From contig NC_043002.1 of assembly GCF_006345805.1 (NCBI RefSeq), positions 98,890,001 to 98,954,000 on the forward strand: 64,000 nt of DNA, written 5' to 3'. The position numbers were made by a program, and so were the translations under genes. Positions within the stretch are counted from its first letter, which is position 1. Every line of letters begins with the position of its first letter. This stretch comes from Octopus sinensis. Its lineage: Eukaryota. Shown in pieces: positions 25,212 to 38,900 of the stretch. The notes below the pieces were generated by a model, which was not told the DNA's origin, did no database searches, and worked only from the letters and a program-made list of their open reading frames with translations.

Positions 25212-25818
25212 TGTTTTCTCGAAATATATATATATATAAACTTAACAACAATTGAGGAATAGTCTTAATAGGCCATCCGACCCACTAGAAAGATCAGCCA
25301 GGACTCAAACCGCCAAGTAGTAGTAATTCAGAAATGAAAGGAAAATTTAAAAACGTTTACCCTATTTCATCTTTAGACAATGCATTGTTTCGGTGTTTTT
25401 AATGGCAAACCAGCTTAATTAAATTAAATTAAGTCAATCCACCAAAGGCTACACCTCATCGGTAAAGAAGCCAGGAGAGACAGATATACACGAGGCAGCT
25501 GTATCTATGCCCTAGGAATATCTGCCCTAAAATTTTCAAAACCATCGTAATCGCGCCAACTTATCAGCAGTAAATATAAACTGCTGATTCAATTTCAGAA
25601 TTAGTCAGAAAATCATCAATTAATCAATATAGGGTAGCAAAAAATTCAATTGAAATTTATCGCCACCAGCGGTCTAGTGAGAAAGAGAAAATAGTCATAG
25701 ACTATATATATAAATTCAACAACAATTGAGGAATGGCCTTAATAGGCCATTCGACCCACTAAAAAGAGCAGCCAGGACTCAAACCGCCAAGTAGTAGTAA
25801 TTCAGAAATTAAAGGAAT
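25212..25818 (-). mobile_element. Non-coding Penelope-like or retrozyme-like unit with about 110 bp direct repeats and a hammerhead
   Basis: About 25220-25342 is repeated at about 25703-25817; hammerhead between; both repeats start at TA runs. Confidence 0.65.
25370..25468 (-). ncRNA. Type I hammerhead ribozyme (U4C variant, long helix II insert, GUC site)
   Basis: UCUUUA-CCGAUGA-GGUGU..ACACC-GAAA-CAAUGCAUUG-UC-UAAAGA; helix I 6 bp, helix II base 5 bp, helix III is the 12 nt palindrome ACAAUGCAUUGU. Confidence 0.8.
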
Positions 25819-26244
25819 GTATGTACGTATATATATATATAACGGCGGTGCATCAGCATGGCCGCAGCTCTGAGCTGAAACTGAAAAAAAAAAAATATAT
25901 ATATATGTATATATATTGTGTTTGTGTGTGTGAGTATTTATGTATATACGTATATAGTAAAATGCACAAAAGTAGTAACAGAGTCCTGCTGATAAAAAGT
26001 TGTCAAAGGAGAGATTAAGAAAAAACAAAAAAAAAAGAAAAGAAAAGAAAAACAGTTCTTCATCTTGTGAGTTGCGGCCACTTTTTCTAACTTAAAGGGT
26101 GTAAACCTCTCCAGTTTCTGTTTAATTTCTATTCTGTCAACCTTTTCTGCTAGAGGGACTCTAGTAGAAACATATTTTTCCCTCCCCCGCGGCAAGTTCA
26201 CTATACAAGTTTTGTCAAACTAGTTTGATTGCAATCTGTTCAAC

Positions 26245-26275
<31 letters not shown>

Positions 26276-26311
26276 GAGTGTGAGTGTGTGTGTGTGTATA
26301 GATAGATAGAC

Positions 26312-26377
<66 letters not shown>

Positions 26378-26795
26378 TGGCTGTTTGCTTCGAAGTCTTG
26401 TCGATACTTGTTTCTCAGAACACACACGCACAAATATAGACGCTTACAGATTTTGTTATATTGAGTAAAAACAAAAGCGATAAAATGGTCTTGAATTAGA
26501 GGCAGTCATGCAGAATCTACTCTAGGTTACTTTATTATAACATAGAATCTATGTAAACAGGATTATGCTAACCTACACCAATATTGGAAACTTTCCACCC
26601 TTCAGCCGCATTTCTTTGAATCCGTTGCTAAGCAAAGTCAGTTAAACATGACTGATAGCGCAAAAGATTTAGGAATATGTTTGTAATCTTGTTTCACAAA
26701 CACACACACACACACACATGAGTGTGTATGTGTATATATATATACAGGCATTAGTATGTATGTATATATGTATGTATGTATGCATGTATGTATGT

Positions 26796-26844
<49 letters not shown>

Positions 26845-26866
26845 CATCCATTCATCTATCTATTTA

Positions 26867-26905
<39 letters not shown>

Positions 26906-26906
26906 T

Positions 26907-27272
26907 ACCTTTTTCTTGTTTACAGTCATTAGACAACGGACATGCTAGGGTACAGCGTTGAAGAATTTTCAGTCGTACGAATCGACCCCAGTACTTAACC
27001 CTGGTACTTAAATTATCGATCTTTTATGACGAACCGTTAAGTTAGAGGGATGTAAACTCACCTGCACCGGTTATTAAATGTTTCTAGGAGACACATAGAC
27101 ACACACGGATTATATACATAAATACATACGACGTGATTCTTTCAGTTTCCGTCTACTAAATCCACCCACAAGGCTTTGGTTGGCTCGAGGCTATTGTAAA
27201 AGACACTTACAACGCAGTGGGACTGAGCCCGGAACCATGAGGTTGGGCAGCAAGCTTCTTACCACACAGCCA
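26907..27272 (-). mobile_element. SINE family B, diverged
   Basis: Reverse complement of the head (GTGGCTGTGTGGTAAGAAGCTTG) and tail. Confidence 0.8.
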
Positions 27273-27286
27273 CACACACACACGCG

Positions 27287-27325
<39 letters not shown>

Positions 27326-27632
27326 GCGCGCGCACATACCTATACACACTCTCACACACGTAATACGTTAAGTACAACTACTTTATCACAGCAAACATTT
27401 CTCCGATCTATATCCATTGTGTATTTTTATTTTATTCCTGTTAAAAATTCTCTCTCTCAATCTCTCTGTCCAGTCTCAGTCTGGTTGTCTTTGTCAGCCT
27501 ATCTCTCTACCCTCTCTCTATCTCTCTCCCTCTCTTTCTGTATCTCTACATGTATACACATATTTATGCCTGTACATTTACAAACTGATATGCATGAACA
27601 TTCAAATTTACTCTTAAGTATTCTTGAATAAA

Positions 27633-28203
27633 TTGGGTTGCCGGAAAGTTCGTGCCGATTTTTAAAGGAAAGAAAATGGTCAATAAATACTTGCCATTAC
27701 CCAAGCTTTACCAGGTGCTCATGAACGACAGATTTTGATAGGTTGAGGCTTTCTGCCAATCCTCTGGTTGTGCAATGTGGGTTATTCTCAATGAATGACT
27801 TGATTTGGTCATCATCTATTGTGGATGGTCTGCCTGATCGCTCTTTATCAATAAGGCTACAATCTCCAGCTCGGAACCTTGCGAATCACTTCCGTACAGT
27901 TCTTTCGGATAAAGAAACATCACTGTAAACTGCGCATTTCTTTGGTTGCTTGTGAGGCATTTTTCCCTTTAAGGAAAAAGAAAAGCACCAAGTGCCGAAA
28001 ATGAACTTTCTTATCTTCCATTTTAAAGGGTTACAGAATTAACACAGGTTATAGGAACGTAAACATTCTTCCGCGAAAAGATAGCTTAAGCTGTACTCTA
28101 AATGGAAGTGTAGTCAAATCCTATTTTATGGATTCAAACATGTTCTAAAATAAGTCGAAAGGTAAGCTACTATAAATCGGCACGAACTTTCCGGACAACC
28201 CAA
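27633..28203 (-). mobile_element. Internally deleted mariner carrying the transposase N-terminus
   Basis: TIRs TTGGGTTG(T)CCGGAAAGTTCGTGCCGATTT at both ends; minus strand reads MEDKKVHFRHLVLFFFLKGKNASQA..ERSGRPSTIDDDQIK. Confidence 0.9.
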
Positions 28204-28247
28204 TCTATAAATGCACCCTCATACATACATGTGCATGTATTCTAACA

Positions 28248-29123
28248 CTAGCTGACGTACCCGGTAATTCTCGGAAAAGCGGGGCTTCCGTTCTCATAAT
28301 TGTTTCACTAATGCAATAACGACAATAAATGTATGTAGCTCTTAAAGCGGTTTTTGTGCATTTACAGAGAATACCGAACTGTCTTACACAGCATCTTGTT
28401 TTTAGGAATTCCCAATAAGTTATGAATACCCAAATTGTGAAGTCAGTTATGTAATAACAAGAAGTTATTTACCCGATAGTAATAATTCAAATAAAGTAGC
28501 CCCGAAAGGGGTTTTAATGCGTTTCCAGAGTATATAGAACATAGGAGGAAATACTAGTAAGGTATGTATACTAAAATCGTATATTGACTATAGAAAATAA
28601 TCTAAAATCAGGGGATATTAGATTATTGGCTTTTGTACTTTCCCAGAGAATATTACCCTCAGGGGTGCTAGTGTTGGGATATTCATGAATAAGTCACTAA
28701 TCAAAATAAGTGGATCTATTGTTTAGGAAAATACTATTTATTGTTTAAGGCTTGTACTGGATAAATTGCGAAAATAGCTCAAACAGTTCAAATACTAAGA
28801 AATAAGCATACTCAATTTCATTTGTACCAAAGAATTTAGGAAAATGAATGTGCTAATTTCCTTGGCTATATACAAGGATCGCTTCCAGGGGCGAATGGTT
28901 TATTTACCTTGGTTTTTAAAATAAAATATATCAGATATATATAAGGATCCCTTCCAGGTGCCCTGTTATCGGTTTTCAACAATCTATGTATGCTATGAGG
29001 TTTCCAGACACGAGTTGTACTCACGTGTCAAGTTTCATCAGAGTCGATAAAACGATGTAGGAGGAGTTAGCTAACAACTCCACAAACACACCCACAGACA
29101 GAATTTCCTACATATGTAGTAGA
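28248..29123 (-). mobile_element. Non-autonomous Helitron
   Basis: 5' TCTACTACATAT; 3' CCCG..CGGG subterminal motif then CTAG; between A and T with no TSD. Confidence 0.75.
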
Positions 29124-29829
29124 TTCACATATGCATATATATGTATGTTTGTATGTATGTATGTATGTATGTATGTATGTATGTATGTATGTATGTATGT
29201 ATGCATATAGGCACTAATGCATGCAAATGTGCACATATAGAGGGAATGCTGAAGAAAATTTTCAATCTTCTCCTTGGGTCTCCAGAAAGTCATCATGAAG
29301 TAGTGTCAAGTAAGTGTGTCTTGAAATACATTTAATGAATGTATACAATATTCAACGAGTATAATGAAGTCTTTTATCTTCTTCACGCTAATTTGACACT
29401 CCAAGTGGTTAATTAACTTGTATTCATTAAATGTAAATGTATTTTTGTCAACTTTGTAATGCATATATGATACTGTACATTCAACGTTTAATGAAGAGGT
29501 CTTTATTGACTTTTTTCAAAAACACTTTCATGCACCCAGAGAAGTAAAACTCACACGCATACATGGAAAACTGGATCAAAGGCATAGCTATACATAAACA
29601 CACACACACACACACACATACTCGCGCGCGCGCATGTATATATACATGCTTGTTGTTTATACACCTGCCTTCGTCTTTTGTTTTTCTGTAAATTTCAACT
29701 ATAAATATATACATATATATGCGCATACCTACATACACGCATACACACATGTGTATATATATATGTGTGTATATATATGTATATATATATATATATATAT
29801 ATACCACTCACTCTCTCTCTCTCTCTATT

Positions 29830-29875
<46 letters not shown>

Positions 29876-30849
29876 GCACAGATACATAAATAATATATAC
29901 GCTCACAAGGAACCATATATTCAGAATACTTCTGACAGGTATTAAAAAAAATCAGAAAAGAACCTCACGTTAATTTTATGAAATGAGATTATATTTTATA
30001 TTTTCTCATCTAAAAAAAAAATAATAATGATAGCATAGAAATATAAAGCATTAAAATATAAAAATAAAATAAAAACAAAGTTATATGAAATATATAACTA
30101 TTAAGTTAAATTATATATAAAAGACATGATTAAATTCATATAATTAATCTGAAAGAAGAAAAGAATCGTAGAAAAAATAATTCCGACTGAAATAGAAGAT
30201 AAGGAGAAGAATAAAATTTAAATCTTTATGTAACAGACTCTAAGCTGTTTCGAAATATGTTGAAACTCTGAATATAGAATTTGAGATCAAAAAACCTCTA
30301 TCTGGAAATATTCATTCTCGTATCATCAAATTACATGTAGTACTTCAAATCTAACCGTCATCGAAAGCGGTTTCTGCTTGCTGAAAATATCAAAGCTCTA
30401 CTCACCTCATATTCCACGACCTTAACTTTTTTTTACTGATATTATGAAATGTGAAAAAGGCGGCAAAGCATATAAAGAAGAAAAAAAAACCGTAGAGTTT
30501 CGGAAAAAATGCTTTGGGTAATTTCTTTCGACTCATTATCTTCTAAGTTCCAGTCCCGCCGAGGTAACACCAGTCTTTCATCTAATTTCTTCATCGATCA
30601 ATACCATTTTATAAAAATTGATGGTCTTGGGTCTAAATGACAAGCTATTATCATTAGCTGTGTGAAAGAATGCGCGTAAGTGTTTAAGGTGGTCATAACG
30701 CCGCAGTTTAATTTCTTGTGAAAGAGAGTATATTGTGCCTTTCAGTAAGGAATTTTATTTCACGGTCCTTCTGTCAACCACGCTGTAAATTTCAGTTTGT
30801 ATTTGTTAATAAAATATATTTCTTTATTTCTTCCTGGTCGCTCCCCATA

Positions 30850-31900
30850 TGACTCTAAACTCTGACAGAATGTGAAATACGAATACTTTGGTAAGAGATA
30901 CTACTGAGTGGGCATTTTACGTTTTTGGTTCCCTGGTATTTAGATAATGTACCGTCTTTTTTTTTCTGAGCGTCATACCTGTTTGTCCAATGTAGTGTTT
31001 ACGGCAATCTTTCCGTGCTACAGTTTGATCAGTTTCGTTTACTGACTTTATAGTACGTAGTTTGTGTATGTAGAATTTGCATTGATCAATAACATTCTTA
31101 CTGATTTCGCTTGGATCCTTTTATAATTGGACGTTTTCCATGACATTTTTCGTTTAATGGACCTTCAAGAATATTGGAAGGTTTATACGGGCATTGGAAA
31201 AATTTCGATGTTACTTTGGTTGAAAGCTAAAATGGAGGCGATATCATTTTAGTCCTTTTTGTTCTTTATTATTCCAAGCTTACGGATGCTAATTGGCTTT
31301 GTATTTTGAATTCAAACTTGAAACGGATTTCTTGGCTTTTTTCTTTTGATAAAGAGCTTTTCATTTCTTCTACTCTCTGGTTTCTTGATTTGGGGTTTGA
31401 CACATTCGTGCAAATTCGTTTTGCAAATTGAAATGGAATATTTCTTTGAGTATGTTTCGGATGATAAGTTGTAAAAAGGTGCTGTCACGAGTCGGTGGGT
31501 TTAAAACGTATGCCAGTTTCTAGTGCTGTATTTCATTTTGCTATAATATCTAATAATGGTAGATCATCATTACTGAACTCCGCAGTGAATTGAATATGAC
31601 TGTTTATGTCGTTGAGCTTCTAGAATGGTTTCAATCTGTCAATATTACCCGCTCATAAAATGAAACAGAATGAAACAATCGTGTAGAAATCTCTTCTATT
31701 TTGCTTTCAAATTGCAACTGAATTCATCTCTAAATGTTTCAGAGGATTTTTCTTAAATTTTCGCTTCATAGTATCCCATGACTAAATTGGAATATATTGG
31801 GACAACTCTAGACCCATGGATATTCCTGATATTTATCTGTAGTGTGTGTTACCGACCAAAACGTAGTTTGTTTCCAAAATTTATTGCAGACGATCTACAA
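30850..31900 (-). pseudogene. Decayed Penelope-like element (RT palm/thumb + GIY-YIG)
   Basis: QISGISMG..PIYSNLVMG, KRFLHDCFIL, NSHIQFTAEFSNDDLPLLD, FKPTDS..HPKHTQRNIPFQFAKRIC and CRKHYIGQTG; many stops. Confidence 0.85.
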
Positions 31901-32044
31901 TAAAATTTCCTTCTATCTGCTTTTGTATTTAATAACAAAACGACTCTAGCAAGTACTTTTTATAACTTCGCTTTCATAACTATGTGTAATGTTGCTATAT
32001 ATCTTCGCACCATTAAATGCGAATCTTTTTCTCTCTTTCTTTAT

Positions 32045-32116
32045 ATATGTATACATACGTACATACATACATACATATATATATACATATATATATATAA
32101 TATATATATATATATG

Positions 32117-32185
<69 letters not shown>
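32045..32185. repeat. (TACA)n/(TA)n microsatellite
   Basis: Direct reading. Confidence 0.93.
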
Positions 32186-32191
<6 letters not shown>

Positions 32192-32725
32192 GATGTACAT
32201 AAATGTATACAGACACACGCACACACAAATTCACACACATATATTTGTAAATCTTTGCAGTAAACATATAAACTGCAAATTTTGCTATTATTCCATATAT
32301 ATAATATTTAAACAGTCTCATGCATGTCCCTGCTTATTCTGTAATATTTCTTTAAACTGGCCAAGGGGCAATCATCATAACTATAACTCTATTACGGTTT
32401 TACATATCTATATCACCCTCTCTATCTCGCTCTCTCACGCATATACATATACTGTCCATATTATTGTCATAGCACCCATAATTATAGTTTCAGATACAAT
32501 ACACTCAGCTCTTTTAACACATCTCTGGTTTATTTAGCTAGCGGAACCGACGTTGAATTTTGACATCATTACAATCGATCGCCGACTTCTTCGCTTTTCT
32601 GTTCATTGACTCTGAGAAGATTCGCCGCCATTCGATTCACGCGGTACAGTTAAGGAACTCACATATATACACATATCTCTCACTTTCATTTCTCCTCCTG
32701 TCACTGTTTGTCTCCTTATTTCCTT

Positions 32726-32763
<38 letters not shown>

Positions 32764-33304
32764 TGTGTGTGTGTGAGAGAGAGAGAGAGATAGGTTGATA
32801 GGTAGATACACATGTATATATTCATATATACACATTCATACTGTCACACACATATATATATACATACATACATACATGCATACATACATACATACATACA
32901 TACATACATACATACATACATACATACATACATACATACATACATACGTTCATTCATTCATACAAACGCCCATTTAACAGTTACTCACTGTTGATTCTCT
33001 TTCATATCCTAATGTATTTACGACAGAGCGACGTTTCTCTAAATATATAATCGATATTATATATTGGTTTCCAAATATAAATGAAGAATACGGTGAATAC
33101 TTTTATTTTAAACATTTACAGTCGGCATCAACTTATTTCAAATAGCAAAAGACAAAAATTACATGTTGCTCATGAATTTTATTGTCTCCTTTATGTTGTA
33201 ATGTCTTTAATTAACCCTACGTAATATGATCATTACATATATACGATAATTGTATGTGCAAGTTGTTTATGACTACCTAATGCATATATCATTTTATAAC
33301 TCAC

Positions 33305-33737
33305 CTTAGATATTTCGATTACACTATACCTGCAGATCCTCGCAATACCTTTTTGATACTCTAGCTAACCCGGTCGGAGATCCTTCAGTTCTGTACTTTT
33401 CTTGGCCGGAGGGTATTCATGACATATATGACGGTAATAAGAGAGTGAAGATAAGATTCCTAGATATGTCTGTTCATATTCCCCATATGTCACATTTTAT
33501 AAGTCTCAAAATCCGCGCTCCGTCACCAACTACGAGGCAACCTCTTATCAAATTAAAATCTGTAAAACTTATGAAGTAAAGCAATAAGATGTTTTCCTGT
33601 TCGTATGATACAGGACCTCTGTTGTCATTCATATTAAAGCTGGGTCTTCTGGTCCTGTGCCAGAAGGGTCACTTGTAACCTTGTTGAGTCATCCTATCAG
33701 AACTTGCAAATCAAATGTTACATTTTAAATATCACAC
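33305..33737 (-). other. Candidate non-coding exon (UTR or lncRNA)
   Basis: Acceptor TTGTTTTGTTTTCAACAG before 33737 and donor AAG/GTGAGT after 33305; stops in all three frames. Confidence 0.3.
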
Positions 33738-33856
33738 CTGTTGAAAACAAAACAAGCCAACTACTTGAAATTCATTTTCCTCCAATTTCACTTAGCACAA
33801 ACACAGCAGAATGCATCCCAACATTTCCATTCCTTTTTTCATCTTTCTCCCTATAG

Positions 33857-33940
33857 TGCACATAAAGTCAAAGCGCAGGAGCTCCGACGATTACGTAGAA
33901 CATTCTATGGCCAGCGTTGACTACCTATCTCAACCTATAG
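33857..33940 (+). CDS. Candidate 84 nt phase-1/phase-1 exon (xHIKSKRRSSDDYVEHSMASVDYLSQPIx)
   Basis: Long pyrimidine tract ending CTCCCTATAG, donor AG/GTAAGC, one fully open frame; product not recognised. Confidence 0.35.
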
Positions 33941-34039
33941 GTAAGCGTAGAAGTAGACAAATATCAGTTGCATGGAGAGTGGGTGTTTGAGAAAGACTAG
34001 AGGTTGCTGTCAGAAGACAAAAGCGGAAAATATATGAAA

Positions 34040-34215
34040 CATTTCCGCCAATCTAACCCCCTGGATTGGTACATTTTTATCGACGTCGAAAGGATGAATG
34101 ACTAAGTTGACTTCAGTGGGCTTTGAACTCACGGCGTAAAGAATCGGAATAAATAGCGCGAGGCATTCTCTGCAACTCTCTAACTATATTAACTCTCTCA
34201 CAACTCTGCCAAGTT
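34040..34215 (-). mobile_element. SINE family A, diverged
   Basis: CGAAAGGATGAATGACTAAGTTGAC..TTTGAACTC is the reverse complement of the core and B box. Confidence 0.7.
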
Positions 34216-36039
34216 GCTGTATTCCAAAGAATATACATATCGTTCAGTCTTGAAAACCGACTCGTCATTCACTGTTTTTGTCTTTCTCTTAAAATCGTCA
34301 TCATCATATTCCTTCCGCATACTGAAAGGAAATATATTTAAAAGATCTGGGACATCATGATTTAATGGATACATACATTGTTATCACGTTTAGAACGAAA
34401 CACATGGAATATTTAAGTACCAGTTTACGTGCGGAAGGAAGGTTTCGTACACTAGCGTGGTTGACGTCGGTTGGTAGACGAGAAGTACGATGATTTTGTT
34501 GAGAGCATTACTAAACAGTCTATTGTATGTCAGTCTGGATTTGGACAAAAGGTTCACCACATTGTCTATTATACTTGCTGATGATGAAATTTAATCCATC
34601 GCTGCTGTGTGTTAGCAGATGGACATTAACATTGATAACATACATAATCCGGCAGAATCATAAAAAAAAACAAGGATACTGTATAATTGAAGATTACACA
34701 ACACTACTTATTACTCCAATGGGAATAGAATAAACATTTCAAAACTTTGACTAGAGTAATTTAGCTCCTCACTACTTCAGATAAACATTAAACAAATACT
34801 TCAGTTGCTTTTTACTCATGCAACTATTACTCATGTTCGCATTGGTCAATTAGAGTCTTGGTTCTAAAACCGGACAACAGATAAATGGACATTGCAGCGA
34901 AATAATACATAACCTATATAAAACCTATTCACCAGAGAGTTCTCTTTTGATTATAAAAATTCTGTGGTATTTCATTTTTTCTGAATGGTTTCCACGTTAC
35001 TTGTTCTTTCAGCTCTCAAATTAGCTTTTTTTTCCTTTTACCATTATTTTTTTCCCTGCTTGATATCCATAATTATCTTTGAAAATACATCAACACCACG
35101 ATATTCTATTCAATTTTATGTATAAAACTGTAACTTAATGCGAGTGTAAGAAAGAAAATACTTCAAATACATCAGTGATATACATACTCATATTGTAAAT
35201 GTTCCATTAAACATTAATAGAAAACATGTAAGACCCATTTCGAGCTCCAGAATATATAATAAATCTATTATGATATCAGGATACGTCTTCAGATCGATGA
35301 AATACTTTTTTTGTGTAACAAGATTCCTAAATTATAGGAAGCCTATAAATCATCTAAATCATGAAATAATTCCTTTGTTCAAAGCTTCTATATATTAATC
35401 AAGCACATACACACAGAGACACATATGAGCGCTAATAAACAGACACACATACTCATGTATATCTTTATACCAATGTATGTGTAAGCGTAAATATGTACAC
35501 ACACACATACACACACACATACACACTCACACACATATGTCTAGATACCTGCATAATATATATATTAATATACATAATCATAATATTTAAACATAAATAT
35601 ATGCATAATATATATATATATTTAAATATATATAGATATATACACACATATTTAAGCATATATATACTTAAATATATATATATATTTAAATATATATATA
35701 AATATGTATGTATGTATGTATGTACGTATGTATGTACGTATGTATGTATGTATATGCATATATGTCCCCACTCAAAAGTGGTTATTGTGTTCGGACACAA
35801 AACACTACTGTGTTTACTACAAGAAAACCTCTCATATGGTGCTGTGCTGAATAGAAGCACTCGTGATTATATCGCTGGTGGGAGATAATCGTTCACTACC
35901 ACAGCCGGAAATAAAAGATCACGTGAATTCGGCTTTACTTGATCTTGTGAATGACAGACGTCCGCGACTAGACATAACAGCGGATTACCCCTGTCTGTGG
36001 TATATAGAATCTAGGTGTCTGTTCAGGCACTGGTGGCGC

Positions 36040-37965
36040 AAATAAACAGCAGGCTTATTAAAGATAATTCATAGCGACAGAAGCAATATTACTACTAAAA
36101 GGTAATATTTGTCCCTACTTAAAAGAGGATGTTGAATTAGAACACTGTATTCTGTGTTATTTACCATGCGTTATTTACTATGAGAGAACCTCTTCTCATA
36201 TCAACTACTGGTACGGGATAAATATTGTCTTTTGGGACTTCATATCACCACTCATGCACGTGCATGTACCTTGTTACTAGGCTTGATAGGAGTTTGACAC
36301 TGCTGCACTCACTTGTACAACATGCCCGGACGTTGTCTCATCGGATATCGTGGACAGGAAAATGCCCAGTTTCTATTTGAAGATATCCACATTATGTAGG
36401 TTTCTTAATTATTTTTTGCAGAGCATTGAAGAGCTGTGGACCTTGCACTACCATGTTCTGATTCTAGATGGGCTAGACAATACATTTGATACAACGTATT
36501 GACGTTTCGCTTCAGACATTAATATAATGTTTGATGATGAAATTAGCCCATCCACATTTATCCAAATGTAGATTCTCACATATCACAAGCGTCTTCGCTC
36601 CAGGGAATAAAGCTGTACAACCTCTCCTTATAGTTCATTTGCTGTTCAGCTAATCTTTTCAGTGTAGTAACGTTGGATCTCTTCAAAGCTCTGCTATTAA
36701 TTTGGAACTACGTGGTGACCGCAGCCGAGATCAGTATTATAGGCGGCTGAAAACAAAAAGCTTCCATAGGCTCAACATATCATCTTCGTTTCTTGCCTTG
36801 AAGGACCTTAGTATCCATCCTGTTAATTGTTCGAACAGTTGCCATCTTGGCAATATGCTCATGAAATGATGAATCATTACACGTTTTCAAGTTTCGTATT
36901 GTCTGTGACTCTGAGATTGCAGTACCTTTGGGTCTTGTTTATGCAGGCTGTGTTGCATTCGTGAAATGATAGCGCAGTGCTTGAAATTTTCCAGCATTAA
37001 ATGGCATGTTTCCTTTAACTAATCTATATATTTTGCATTTAGGTCCTGCTGTAAGCTTGCGACATCATTAGGGTTTTTCATTGCCTGAGATAATTTTGTG
37101 TCATCGGCATAGCTAGTGATAGTGTTTGAGTGACCATGAGCATGTCTAAGAGAACTTCTATAAACAGCAATGACTCTCAATAAAAATTTATGTTTCCTCA
37201 GAGAGGGTACTACTGCTGCAACTGCCTGACTTCTATCTTTTAAGAAGTTATGCACGTACACTTCCAGTTTACCAGCTATGCCAAGGTCTCGCTGCCTGTC
37301 ACAAATTACACCATGATTCGCATTGACAAAGGTCTTTGCGAAGACAAAATACACCACATAGACATTTCAATGGTCAAGCAGCTGCTACAAGATCAGTCAT
37401 AATACCGTAAGAGCTGTGTCAGGCAGCTCCTTCCTCGACGGAAGCCATACTGAGAATCGTTCAGTAAGTAATTTTCTTCAAGGAATATTATCAGATTCTT
37501 TCTGACGATTCAATCTACGATATGACTGAAGTATCTGAAGTGGTTTCACTAAAGCCTGCTTACACGACTACAAGAGAATAGCTGGGAAGTCATCGGGACC
37601 AGTTGTTGAGTTTAAGCTCATTTCATCTATGGCCGCTGTCACATCTGCCTCTTCCGATATAATCCACGCTTGCTGCCTTCGTCTACAGAGTTGTAATGTC
37701 AAAGAATTCTGCAGGATTTCTCAATCTGCCTGTGTTCCAGTGGGTAGGTAAAGATATTTAAATTGTTCGTTAGGCAGCACTTCACTTATCCTTTTGAGGT
37801 CAGCAGTCTGTGAGCCATTCTATTGGAACAACTGCCCTGTTCTGTACTGAACTATGGCTGTCTCCTTTGCAAATTTGTTTGAAGCTTTAGGGTTTGATTT
37901 TATGCTCTCCACTGCTCTCCACTGCTCTGCCCTTTTCATGGAAGAGTTTGATTTTGTTTTCAATT
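36040..37965 (-). mobile_element. Decayed CR1/L2-type LINE reverse transcriptase region
   Basis: ORF 37019-37357: VYFVFAKTFVNANH (DFAKAFDKV-like), YADDTKL, LQQDL; flanking frames broken. Ends approximate. Confidence 0.8.
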
Positions 37966-38035
37966 TCTAGGAGTGTCTAATTAAGACTTTCCACCATCCT
38001 TAAGAATAAATATATATGTGCAAATATATTTACAT

Positions 38036-38460
38036 ATGCCTGAGTGGTAATAAATGCACTTCCCGACCACAAGGTTCCGGGTTCGGTATCCCTGCGTGGC
38101 ATCCTCAGCAAGTGTCTCCGACTATAGTCCTTGGCAAACCAAGGTCTTGTGAATGGATTTGGCATAAAGAAACTGAAAGGGGCTCGTCATACACGTATGT
38201 GTGTGTGAATCTGCGTGTGTTTCTATGTGCATATCTATGTATGGCTATGTACTATGTGTATGTTTCCCCCCCCCCATCGCCATTTGACAACCACCGTAGG
38301 TTAGGTTAAGTTTTCGTAACTTAGTGATACGGCAAATGAGACGGATAAAATAAGAACTAGGCTTTAATAGTAAGTACTGGAGTGGATTTATTCGACTACG
38401 TCCCTTCAACGTATGGCCTACAGACCAATAATGGAAACAAGTAAATGATACAAGATAAAA
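38036..38460 (+). mobile_element. SINE family B, diverged
   Basis: GGTTCCGGGTTCGG-CCCTGCGTGGCATCCTCAGCAAGTGTCT head and tail module. Confidence 0.75.
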
Positions 38461-38502
38461 GATGATATATATATATGTGTGTGTGGGGGGGGGCGTGTGT
38501 GT

Positions 38503-38840
38503 AGAGGCGCAATGGCGCAGTCGTTGGGGTAGTGGACTCGCGGTCGTAGGATCGCGTTTTCGATTCCCAAACCGGGCGTTATGAGTGTTTATTGAGCAAA
38601 AACACCTAAAGCTCCACGAGGTTCCGGCGGGAGGTGGTGGGAAACCCTACTGTACTCTTCACCACAAGTTTCTCTCGCTCTTTCTTCCTTTCGAAGGTCC
38701 AAGCATACTGTGTCACGCTGAATCTCGAGAACTACGTCAAGGGTACGAGCGCTCAGCCACTTACACATTAATTTCACGAGCAAGCTGTTCCGTTGATCAG
38801 ATCAACTGGAACCCTCGTCGTCGTAATCCATGGAGTGCCA

Positions 38841-38843
<3 letters not shown>
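38503..38843 (+). mobile_element. SINE family C
   Basis: Collinear with 52485-52870. Confidence 0.85.

Positions 38844-38899
<56 letters not shown>

Positions 38900-38900
<1 letters not shown>

Noticed and set aside
32574-32637. ATGGCGGCG start-like segment on the minus strand (MAANLLRVNEQKSEEVGDR)
   Set aside because: Only 20 codons, with no acceptor or promoter evidence.
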